The position numbers and the translations under genes were made by a program. Positions 1 to 8,802 of a stretch of 37,132 nucleotides of DNA are shown piece after piece; within the stretch, counting starts at the first letter, position 1, and the number at the start of each line of letters is the position of its first letter. The notes below the pieces were generated by a model that was given only the letters and a program-made list of their open reading frames with translations, made no database searches and had not been told where the DNA came from. Source of the stretch: Nemertoderma westbladi (taxonomy: Eukaryota; Animalia; Xenacoelomorpha); contig JAUCBJ010006140.1 of assembly GCA_032718475.1 (NCBI GenBank), positions 1 to 37,132 of the forward strand. Direction: 5' to 3'.

Positions 1-232
1 ACGGGCAGTAAGGAAAGAGAAAAAATAATTATTTCTTCGCCGTCTCACTAAATATAATATAAGTAATTACGTACGTAATAAACACGAATATATTGCACTA
101 TTCTACAAAATAATCGCTAAATAATATTCTACTAAATTAAATAAAACGATTATAATAAAATTACATAGTAATACATACATAAATATAAAAATAATAAAAT
201 AATATAAAATAATAGAGTCACACGCCCACTCC
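1..232 (-). repeat. Candidate polypurine tract and start of 3' LTR
   Basis: Just after the stop, the minus strand reads GGAGTGGGCG (232-223) then TGTG (from 222), followed by AT-rich sequence. This matches the usual BEL layout, but no second LTR copy was found to confirm it. Confidence 0.4.
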
Positions 233-240
233 GAACGATA

Positions 241-3200
241 TTAAGTTGGGGAGTCCCTAGATGTCGGTTGGATTAGGGAAGTGGTCGTGGGAAGAGTTTC
301 TTGCCTTCCATAGTTTCCGGAGAGCTCTCTGTCTCTTTCCAGTAAACATAAACGACCCACTGGGCGATTGAGCTGTTGAGTCTCAAAGACTATCCCTGGT
401 TTCTTAAAGTTACGTCGCATGACGACGAGCTCTACTGATCGCACCAAACCATCGCTCGAGATATGAGTCTCGATGATACGTCCTGTTTGCCATCGCTTAC
501 GTGGGAGATCGGGGTCCACAATAAGCACCATGTCTCCAGCGCTGACGTTTTCTTGCTGCGCAAACCACTTAGTTCGAAGTTGTAGAGTGGGCAGGTAATG
601 TTTCTCGAAATGGTCAGCGAAACGACGGGATAGCAACTGCATAAGTTGCCAGGTTCGACGGCAGTACTCGTCTCCGTCTGTGATCTCCGATCGTGGGAGC
701 ATGGCTACGTGTTTCTTCAGTAGAAAGTGCGCGGGTGTTAGCGCTTCCAGGGAATCAGGACTTGAAGAGACTGGCATAAGCGGTCTTTCGTTGAGATAGG
801 CGGCGATTTCCTCCATTAACGTCCGCAATAGTTCGTCGGTGAGATAAGCGCGACAAGGCACAATAAAGTGGAACGCAGTCTTCACGCTCCTAATCAATCT
901 CTCCCAACTTCCTCCCCACCAAGGGGCGTCGGCGGCGTTGAAGGTCCAGCTAGACGCTGTTATCCTTAGCTGATCGTCCACCTGTCTTTTGTTCCAGTCC
1001 TTTATGTAAGCTTGAATTTCGTTGTTGGCGCCAATGAAGTTCGTTCCCTTATCTGATCTCATCGTGTTACTGGTTCCGAAACGAGCAATCTGTCGTCGTA
1101 AACTCAACACGAAGCTGTTGGTGGATAGATCGTTTACCATATCGAGATGGATAGCTCTACAAGTCATACAAACGAAGATGACACACCATCTCTTGACTAT
1201 GGTCCGGGCACGATATACTTCAATAGGGCCAAATAAATCCACACCGGTATTAGTAAAGGGTGGTTCATAGAAGCTTACTCTTTCCCTAGGTAATTCTGCC
1301 TCTCGCTGTGTTAAAGGCCTACTGAATGCTTTCCTACAGGGTATGCAGTTCCTAAGAACTTGGTTCAGAGCCCTACGGGGTTTATAAAAATAGTAGCGAG
1401 TTCGAATTTCGCTCAGAACTCGTTCTCTTCCAGCATGATACAGTTTGCTATGAACATCTACAATCATCTTGATTTGTATGTCAAGATTTCTAATGAGGAT
1501 GGGAAACTTAGTGTCAAAGGATAATGGGGCGTTGGTCAGCCTACCTCCAACACGTATTAACCCATCTATCATGGTACTAGAGAAGCGACCCCTTAAGCGC
1601 ATCTGTGGATTTCTTAACAACAGGAAATACTTATCGGAATCCTCATAACATTGTAGGAGTCTCAGCATCTGTTTGCTGGTTTCATCATGCTCCTGGTAAC
1701 TGATCTTCTCCTTTAGAAACCTGTCGGATATCTTGTATTTGGGGAGATCTTTAACAACATGGACTCGTGCAGATGTTGATGGAGCATCATCACTATGGGT
1801 CTTTGTCCCGGAGTAACGATGATGAAAACATCGTTTTAGATAGGTGACAGCTTTACAGAGCCGATTCCAGGAACTGTAGTGACGTATCGCTCTCTGCAAG
1901 AGAGGTGAGAGTCCTTGTGCGACATCTGGTATTCCAGATTTCCAATCCTTGTCACGGATTTCCAAGACTTCTTTAGTCGTGGCGGTGGGTTTCTGATCCA
2001 AAGCATCCTCTCCGGAAGTAAATAATACAGATAGATCAACCGCAGGTTTAAACAACTTCGATTTACTCGCTCGAGTTTTGGGTTTAACTTTCTCCGCTCC
2101 CTTGGCCTGTCTGATCTCTGCTGTTGTGAGATGGGGAGGCCATTCTTCTTCTTCTCTGTAGAGAAAGTCAGGTCCTCCTAACCATTCTGGAGTATTTACC
2201 AATTCCTTTGGAGTCGCTCCTCGGGAAGCGATGTCTGCTGGATTAATCGTTCCGGGGCAATGTCTCCATTGGTCCATCGTCGTGCGACTAAGTATGATGG
2301 CTACCCTGTTGGTAACGAAGACGCTGAACTGACAGACTTCATTGGTTATATACTCTAACACGAGTAAAGCGTCGGTCCAATAGACAGTTTTCTCTAATGG
2401 ATAGTCAATCTGTTCGGTTACATTCCGGCCGATGGCTGTAGCGTATAGAGCCGCTTTTAACTCCGCTCGAGGAACTTTCAACTTGTTGTTGATTAATGCC
2501 TTAGAAGTAACCAGGGCGACTTTGATTCCATTCGGAGTTTCCACTCTTAGATAGGCTACTATACCTATTCCCATATCGCTGGCGTCTCCAAACACATGGA
2601 GTTGATAGGAATACGTAGGGAGAACATGACCAAAATATGAACGGGAAATTATAAAATCCTCGATAGCTGGCAGAGAATCTTCCCATTTCATCCACTTCTT
2701 CAATAATTCTCTCTTAAGTGGATCGTCCCATGAGTGGTTTTCAAGCCACATTTGTTGTACCAAACTACGAGCAATCAATATAACTGGGCTAATAAATCCC
2801 AATGGATCGAAATAAGTGCTCAGTATACTTAAGCAAATCCGTTTGGTTCGAACTGGATTATCTCGCTGTTTTAGCTGGAAAAACAGGATATCTCGCTCTG
2901 TGTCCCATTTCAAGCCGAGTGTCTTGGTTTCTGGCAGATCATCTTTGATCAAATCTAGATCTTTCGCCCCTCGATCTTCCGCAGGGATCGACTCCAGAAA
3001 CTCACGGGAGTTGCTGGTGAATTTCGTTAATCGAAACCCACCTCTTTTTAAGCACTCTACCGTTCCTTTAGCGACCTCAATGGCTTCCTCAACTGATGGA
3101 AGGGACTTCAGATTGTCGTCCATGTATATGTCTCTCTTGATGTTGTCGATCACTTCCTTAGAGAAGGCCTCTCGGTTGTCCTCTGCAGTGGTACGCACTA

Positions 3201-6200
3201 CCGAACAGGCGTTGGAAGGGCTTGAGATTATCCCAAAGGCCTGGATGGTCATCCAGTATTCCACCGGTTTCTGGTTGAGGTCTCCTTCGGGCCACCACAG
3301 AAATCGTAGACTATCTCGATCCCTATCTAACACCTTGACTTGTAAGAACATGCCTTCTATATCGGAGGCGAAAGCAATCGAATATTGTCTCAATCTTAAA
3401 AGAATTCCCAACAAAGATTGAAGTAAGTTGGGTCCGGGTAACAATTCAGAGTTAAGGGATTGACCCATGTAAAGAGCGGAGCCATCAAACACTACTCTCA
3501 CTTCATTGGGTTTACCGGGTTTAGGAACGTAATGGTGAGTTAAATAATACGTTCTTTCAGTCGCAGGTGTTTCTTCCGGTACCCTCTCCGCGTATCCCTT
3601 ATTAATAAATTTTTCCAGCTGTGTTTGATACATTGCTTTAGCTGAAGAATTAGCCGTAAGGCGTCGATGGAGTTGCGCGATTCTTTTTTCCGCCAAAGGT
3701 CTGTTATTGATGAACTTCGGTTCTCTCTTGCGAAAAGGTAAACCGACTTCATACCTGCCTTGATCTTTGAGGAAACGTGTAGTTGTCTCTTGGATCTGCT
3801 TGGCCCTTTCCTCTTCCACCGATAAGGCTTTATCGTAGGAATTGGGCTCTACCGCCTCTTGCGTAAAGAATCGTACAGCATGTTCATCTCGAGTCTTGGC
3901 ATTGCAACGCTCAATGACGTCATTTAACTCGTCGTTATAAGCTTCTCGTTCAGATGGATAGAGAAGTTGACATAAGTTAACTTGGTTTTGCCAAGCCTCG
4001 TTTTCCTTAAGGAGGTCGATGGTATTCTCCTCATCAAAAAGCTGGTGCACGTCGTCGTTATCTGAGGAGTATGGAGTTCCCTCAGTTAAATCGTCTCCCT
4101 CACTAGTATCATCTTCCCATTCACTCACCTGGTAGACGCGCTCTTGCGGTAGTCTTTCTCTGAGTGTTCTACGGGAAGGGCCAGTAAAGTACCAACCTAC
4201 TCTAGTTCTTACCGCATAGGTCTGTAGGGGCTGCGGTTGAGCAGGCCGTTTCTCTAATGTCTCCAGCGCCTCATGCGCGTTTTGGCCGATGAGTATTTGC
4301 ACTCCAGGATAATCAGTCTGGAATCGAGGTATGTTAAGATGTTGGATGCTCTCATCCTCGTCCCAATTATAAAGGTCTGCTTGAGTAGTAGCGAAGTTCT
4401 TTATAGCCACCATTTTCACTGACCTTATGCTATGTTCTCCTAGTTCGTCCTGGGGGGTGGACAACGCTCCTACATAATAATCTGCTGTTATTGTAGATTT
4501 CCAAACTTGCATAATTCCTGACATGTTTAGCTTAGTTCGGAACTTGGGTTGTCCATCGAATATGTCTTCGGCTAGTTCTTTATCAATGAATGTTCCTGTG
4601 CTGCCTGAGTCCAGGAGGGCGTTCACTACATAACTCCGTTTAGGTCCATGAACCCTTACCTGCACCACAGGAAACTCTCGGATCCCTACATTGGAAGATG
4701 GCTCTTTCCAAGATGGTTGTCGTTCAGAAGTAGTTAGAGTGAAGTCGCTGTCTGTATCCTTTTCATATGTGAGTGCTCGATACACGGCGGTATTTATCAT
4801 ATAACAGGATTCATTTTCGTCGGAGAACTCGTCCGTATAGAATCCTTCCATCTCAGATTGATCAGTGTCGTTCACATCACTGAATTGGACATGTAGTTCG
4901 GAATCACTTACCTGATTCGGACTATTTCGCTCGAATTCAGCGTGCAACAAGATATGATGTTTCGCACCACACTTTGCACACCTTATGTCAGAGAAACAGG
5001 TTCGCCGTTGGTGTCCTTGTCTGAGACAATTATAACATAACCGCTTATCCCACATGACTTCGCGTCTCTCCGTTAATGACTTCTTCAGGAATTCATCACA
5101 CATATTCAAACTGTGGGTCCCGTCACACAGCGCATATTTCGGTTTGATGTTACTTACCTTATTTTGAGTCACATTGTGTACACTTGCCTTTTCTTCGGGC
5201 TTTCTCACCGGAATTCTCTTGGGAGACGTGGGAGGAGTTTTTCTTACCTGTTCTCTCCTGTCATTCGCTCGAGACTTGAATTTACTTACCTGATCTTTAG
5301 GCATTTTATTGACATAATAAGATCTCTCAGTGTCCTTCCCGCTATCTTCTCCTTGAGAAGTCTGGCTTTCGCCGTCGTCTGTATAACACACTGGTGTTAC
5401 CTTTCTCCTAGAGACGGGTTTTTCACTTACCTTGTTTTCCGGTGTCTTCTCTCTGGACAGTTTCAGGAGCTGTAATTTCACTTCTCCATCTAGGAATGAC
5501 ATGAGATCAGACATGGTAGGGTCTCGTCGTTGTTGTTCCATCATATATAACACTTTCTTATCCCAGCGTGTACCTACTCCACCCTTCGGTAAAGTAGAAG
5601 CCACTGCTCTAATAACCATAGCATTCTGATACTCATGAGACTTACCTAGCCAATCTAATTGTCTACAGATCTCCTGAATCTCATCGGAAAACTCTATAAT
5701 TCCGCTGCTAATAAACTTTCGGGGCGCTACCAACTTTGCATACAAATACCCAGCGATGTTATTCCTATTACCATACCTGATGTTTAATGTATCCCAAACT
5801 TGTCTTAATCCGTCTGGATGTCCAATAAACTTTAACGCCATTAACTTGGGAGATCCTTCCAAGCACTCGATGAGGTATCTAAGTTTTTCTCCATTAGATA
5901 GTACAGAGTTCTGTATGTTATCTTTGTAATATTCATTAAAAGGTAACCATTTCATCTCATCTCCATTGAACTTGACGATCTCTCCCACCTTTACCGCTTG
6001 CCGGGCTTCGGTTCTAGCCATTTGACGCGTAAAACTTTCTTGGGCCATCGTGTTATTTAATATCGAGTTATCGGTATATAAATTTCTCGGATTATGATCA
6101 GGTCTATAGGGAATGTCATTATCAACAGGTCTATAATTACCCTTAATAGGGTTCGCTATAGGAGTTTCGACTTCGCTAGCAGTATATATGCGTGTAGGCT

Positions 6201-8100
6201 CCACACCTTGCGCATGAGATACTTCAGACCTAACAGGCTGACACATTGTTACCGAGGGTGGTGGTATACCCCTTTGGGTATTTACTAATTTATCGCATTC
6301 GAGAGCGATACTTTGCTGCACTTCTTGCAACTCTAGTCTACTTTCCCTTACTGTGCCCTTGAATTGCTGAACAGTCTCCTGCATCTGCCCGAGCAGGAGA
6401 TCCATCCCCCACCGTCTCTCATCCACCCATTCGACCGCCGAAGCGGGAGTCGCCAACGTTGTAGCGGGCGGACGAGGGACGACGGGTGACAAATTATGAA
6501 TATTTCGCTCGGGGTCCAGGACCTGAACTGTCTCCTGGGCAGTTCTACGGGGCACAGGTAGCTTAGTGCTATGCAGAGGGAATTTAGAGGTAACTTCAGG
6601 GAGTACAGGTGTGTCTATCACCGAAGGGGTGATTTCGAGAACAGGCCTAATTATTTCAGGCTCATCTACTATAGTAGGGAGTCTTTCTATTTTAATTATT
6701 TGGTCTGTGGGTTCTGTACTGCCTAAGTTGGTGTTATTCAGTTGCCTTCTAACAGCTGGAGGCAAATCAGGCAATTTCTGACGGTGGAATGTTCTTTTAC
6801 GTCTGCTTAGACGAGATCTATTTCCTTTGCCTTCAGTATCGGTGGTATCGCCTTCCTCAGATGATGTATAACCTTGTCTTTTGGGAGTAGATCGATTCAT
6901 CATCTGCATATTACTAGCTGTTAACTGTTTATTTATGCAGTCTTGATTCTCTTGAAGATTTTCCAACTCCAGTTGGGTGATCTCTTCAGCCGCTCTCCGT
7001 TCTGCTTCCGCCACCGCTGCCGCCTTTGCCTCTGCCGCTGCCGCTTTTGCCTCTGCCGCTGCCGCTTTTGCCTTTGCCTCGGCTTCTGCTTTTGCCTCTG
7101 CCTCTGCCGCTTTTGCTTTTGCCTCGGCTTCTGCTTTTGCCGCTTTTGCCTTTGCCTCGGCTTCTGCTGCTGCCGCTTTTGCCTCTGCCACTGCTTCTGC
7201 TAAGGTCGCTTTTCTTTCTGCCTCTGCCACGGCTGCTATCTTTCTGTCTTCTATACGTTTTTTCCTTACTTGTTCTTCCTTTTCTCTAGCGATGCGGAGT
7301 TGTTCATCGAATTTAGCTTGATTCGCAGCCCTCATTTCCACATCGATGGCATCCAACACAAGCTTGGTTCCTTCACTATTAGGGCTAAGTCCCTCTAACC
7401 TTCTCCTCAACTCGTCATCACCTAAAAAACGCTGATAGTCTGACAGATAGATGTCAATGGCATCCCTCTTATGCGGTTTCTCTGCCGTCGCTTCACTTTC
7501 CACTTGGGAAAAAGTAGCGTCTGTTGATTCTCCATGGGTTGAGCGCTCCTCCAGCTGAGCTTTCCACTGAGCTGTTCCTTGAACTTGGAGACTCACCCTT
7601 TGAAACCAGGTCTTTACGGCAACTTGCAACGACGTGTCTTGCCTTCGTTTAGAAGCCTCTTCAAAGGCTGATAATATTAGCCTAATTCGCAGAATTCTTT
7701 CTCTAACTTGATAAAGCAGCTGTCCCTGCTCTTGAGGTCCTTGAGGTTGTTGTAACAGTTGTTTTTCTACTCTCTCCATAGAGTTGAAGAATCCCTGTGC
7801 GTACCCGGCTGCGGACCTCTTCCACACAGCTGGATCGATGGTTTCCTTGGCTACTCCCATCCGGTGTATGTCTTCCCAGGCAGCTTCTGATAAATCAAAC
7901 GGGAGTCCGGGTCCGGGGAAGTTCCATTGCGACTCGACCATGGACTTCAGTTCTTCCCTTGTGTATCCAGCATAACTATCTCTAGTTGAACGCTGGCTTC
8001 TCGCCCAATCGATCTGGTGTTCTTCCACAGCGATCAATAACCTAGTGAGTACGGCTGCAGGAAGGATGAGAAGGGGATCTGAATAAGCCTCATCCGTCAT
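241..8100 (-). CDS. BEL/Pao LTR retrotransposon Gag-Pol polyprotein (2619 aa, uninterrupted)
   Basis: Domain order typical of BEL/Pao: DUF1759-like Gag (KFNGDEMKWLPF...EKLRYLIECLEG), triple Zn knuckle (ALCDGTHSLNMC, CYNCLRQGHQRRTC, CAKCGAKHHILLH), aspartic protease (ALLDSGS), RT (RVVFDGS, DIEGMFLQV, YMDD), RNase H (VFGDASD, PRAEL, WTD, NPAD), integrase (HSKLYHAG...CIPC, GVDLFGP, SDKGTNF, WERL), C-terminal DUF5641-like region (W..GRIIETH.SSDGLVRSV). Confidence 0.96.
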   Translation of the reverse strand: MTDEAYSDPLLILPAAVLTRLLIAVEEHQIDWARSQRSTRDSYAGYTREELKSMVESQWNFPGPGLPFDLSEAAWEDIHRMGVAKETIDPAVWKRSAAGYAQGFFNSMERVEKQLLQQPQGPQEQGQLLYQVRERILRIRLILSAFEEASKRRQDTSLQVAVKTWFQRVSLQVQGTAQWKAQLEERSTHGESTDATFSQVESEATAEKPHKRDAIDIYLSDYQRFLGDDELRRRLEGLSPNSEGTKLVLDAIDVEMRAANQAKFDEQLRIAREKEEQVRKKRIEDRKIAAVAEAERKATLAEAVAEAKAAAAEAEAKAKAAKAEAEAKAKAAEAEAKAEAEAKAKAAAAEAKAAAAEAKAAAVAEAERRAAEEITQLELENLQENQDCINKQLTASNMQMMNRSTPKRQGYTSSEEGDTTDTEGKGNRSRLSRRKRTFHRQKLPDLPPAVRRQLNNTNLGSTEPTDQIIKIERLPTIVDEPEIIRPVLEITPSVIDTPVLPEVTSKFPLHSTKLPVPRRTAQETVQVLDPERNIHNLSPVVPRPPATTLATPASAVEWVDERRWGMDLLLGQMQETVQQFKGTVRESRLELQEVQQSIALECDKLVNTQRGIPPPSVTMCQPVRSEVSHAQGVEPTRIYTASEVETPIANPIKGNYRPVDNDIPYRPDHNPRNLYTDNSILNNTMAQESFTRQMARTEARQAVKVGEIVKFNGDEMKWLPFNEYYKDNIQNSVLSNGEKLRYLIECLEGSPKLMALKFIGHPDGLRQVWDTLNIRYGNRNNIAGYLYAKLVAPRKFISSGIIEFSDEIQEICRQLDWLGKSHEYQNAMVIRAVASTLPKGGVGTRWDKKVLYMMEQQRRDPTMSDLMSFLDGEVKLQLLKLSREKTPENKVSEKPVSRRKVTPVCYTDDGESQTSQGEDSGKDTERSYYVNKMPKDQVSKFKSRANDRREQVRKTPPTSPKRIPVRKPEEKASVHNVTQNKVSNIKPKYALCDGTHSLNMCDEFLKKSLTERREVMWDKRLCYNCLRQGHQRRTCFSDIRCAKCGAKHHILLHAEFERNSPNQVSDSELHVQFSDVNDTDQSEMEGFYTDEFSDENESCYMINTAVYRALTYEKDTDSDFTLTTSERQPSWKEPSSNVGIREFPVVQVRVHGPKRSYVVNALLDSGSTGTFIDKELAEDIFDGQPKFRTKLNMSGIMQVWKSTITADYYVGALSTPQDELGEHSIRSVKMVAIKNFATTQADLYNWDEDESIQHLNIPRFQTDYPGVQILIGQNAHEALETLEKRPAQPQPLQTYAVRTRVGWYFTGPSRRTLRERLPQERVYQVSEWEDDTSEGDDLTEGTPYSSDNDDVHQLFDEENTIDLLKENEAWQNQVNLCQLLYPSEREAYNDELNDVIERCNAKTRDEHAVRFFTQEAVEPNSYDKALSVEEERAKQIQETTTRFLKDQGRYEVGLPFRKREPKFINNRPLAEKRIAQLHRRLTANSSAKAMYQTQLEKFINKGYAERVPEETPATERTYYLTHHYVPKPGKPNEVRVVFDGSALYMGQSLNSELLPGPNLLQSLLGILLRLRQYSIAFASDIEGMFLQVKVLDRDRDSLRFLWWPEGDLNQKPVEYWMTIQAFGIISSPSNACSVVRTTAEDNREAFSKEVIDNIKRDIYMDDNLKSLPSVEEAIEVAKGTVECLKRGGFRLTKFTSNSREFLESIPAEDRGAKDLDLIKDDLPETKTLGLKWDTERDILFFQLKQRDNPVRTKRICLSILSTYFDPLGFISPVILIARSLVQQMWLENHSWDDPLKRELLKKWMKWEDSLPAIEDFIISRSYFGHVLPTYSYQLHVFGDASDMGIGIVAYLRVETPNGIKVALVTSKALINNKLKVPRAELKAALYATAIGRNVTEQIDYPLEKTVYWTDALLVLEYITNEVCQFSVFVTNRVAIILSRTTMDQWRHCPGTINPADIASRGATPKELVNTPEWLGGPDFLYREEEEWPPHLTTAEIRQAKGAEKVKPKTRASKSKLFKPAVDLSVLFTSGEDALDQKPTATTKEVLEIRDKDWKSGIPDVAQGLSPLLQRAIRHYSSWNRLCKAVTYLKRCFHHRYSGTKTHSDDAPSTSARVHVVKDLPKYKISDRFLKEKISYQEHDETSKQMLRLLQCYEDSDKYFLLLRNPQMRLRGRFSSTMIDGLIRVGGRLTNAPLSFDTKFPILIRNLDIQIKMIVDVHSKLYHAGRERVLSEIRTRYYFYKPRRALNQVLRNCIPCRKAFSRPLTQREAELPRERVSFYEPPFTNTGVDLFGPIEVYRARTIVKRWCVIFVCMTCRAIHLDMVNDLSTNSFVLSLRRQIARFGTSNTMRSDKGTNFIGANNEIQAYIKDWNKRQVDDQLRITASSWTFNAADAPWWGGSWERLIRSVKTAFHFIVPCRAYLTDELLRTLMEEIAAYLNERPLMPVSSSPDSLEALTPAHFLLKKHVAMLPRSEITDGDEYCRRTWQLMQLLSRRFADHFEKHYLPTLQLRTKWFAQQENVSAGDMVLIVDPDLPRKRWQTGRIIETHISSDGLVRSVELVVMRRNFKKPGIVFETQQLNRPVGRLCLLERDRELSGNYGRQETLPTTTSLIQPTSRDSPT

Positions 8101-8140
8101 CCTTGCTCCGCGTTCGGGTGTCAGTTCTACAGTATCCTCA

Positions 8141-8419
8141 CTACTGGAGCTGTTGGGCCGTTGAGAAGTAAGTTCTTGGCTCGCGGGTTGTTGCTGTTCC
8201 GCTGCTTCTTGGTCCCGCTCCTTGGACCTGAGCTCGAGTGCCTATGATAGACCTACGATGTTGGACCAGCCTAGGTTCTTTTATTACTACTGGAGGGATG
8301 ACCTTCCTCACAGTGGGAGGTGAACTCAACTTGCGACTATACGGTTCTACGCCTCTATCTGAGTCGCAGATAGTTACATCTAATAAACTGTCTGACAGGT
8401 TCTGCTTAGTATCAGACAT
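8141..8419 (-). CDS. 92-aa upstream ORF, possibly the frameshifted true N-terminus of the BEL polyprotein
   Basis: ATG-initiated. It overlaps by about 100 nt an ATG-less open extension (8241-8101) of the polyprotein frame. Confidence 0.4.
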   Translation of the reverse strand: MSDTKQNLSDSLLDVTICDSDRGVEPYSRKLSSPPTVRKVIPPVVIKEPRLVQHRRSIIGTRAQVQGAGPRSSGTATTREPRTYFSTAQQLQ

Positions 8420-8504
8420 GTTTATGTGTACAGTTGAATGTCTACTGCTGTATTACAGTCTGAGCAAGTCTGGTAACTCAGTATTAACTGATAACCTAGT
8501 AATT

Positions 8505-8802
8505 AATTACCGGTACTGCTACTCAGTGTAGCGTGATATATATAATATATTAGAATACCGGTATGCTTATAGTATATATAACTATATAAGTATTATTACA
8601 GACTAGGTTTATCACAGAATACCGGTATAATTTTAGCACAAATATATATAAATATATAATAGGCCTATCGGGAATACCGGTATACAGCTTACAGTCTGTA
8701 GTATATATAATTCTGGAATAGAATTAATTACAAGTACCGGTATAATTTCAGCCTAGATTTATAGAAATAAAGATAATAGGCCTATCGTAAATACCGGTAT
8801 AT
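8505..8802. repeat. Degenerate ~55-65 bp tandem repeat with TACCGGTA/TAGGCCTA palindromes
   Basis: ACCGGT recurs at about 8509, 8556, 8621, 8676, 8736 and 8793. Segments 8621-8683 and 8736-8800 are clearly similar (accggtataattt.agc...aataggcctatcg..aataccggtat). Confidence 0.6.

Larger units (their letters stand above)
1..8420 (-). mobile_element. BEL/Pao LTR retrotransposon (boundaries uncertain; 3' end probably runs off the left edge)
   Basis: Polyprotein above. The 5' leader extends at least to the upstream ORF start at 8419. No 5' LTR or PBS was identified by eye. Confidence 0.85.

Noticed and set aside
6943-7321. Plus-strand Ala-, Cys- or Leu/Pro-rich ORFs; TolA-like protein
   Set aside because: These are antisense shadows of the AEAKAKA repeat within the BEL polyprotein, and the similarity is compositional only.
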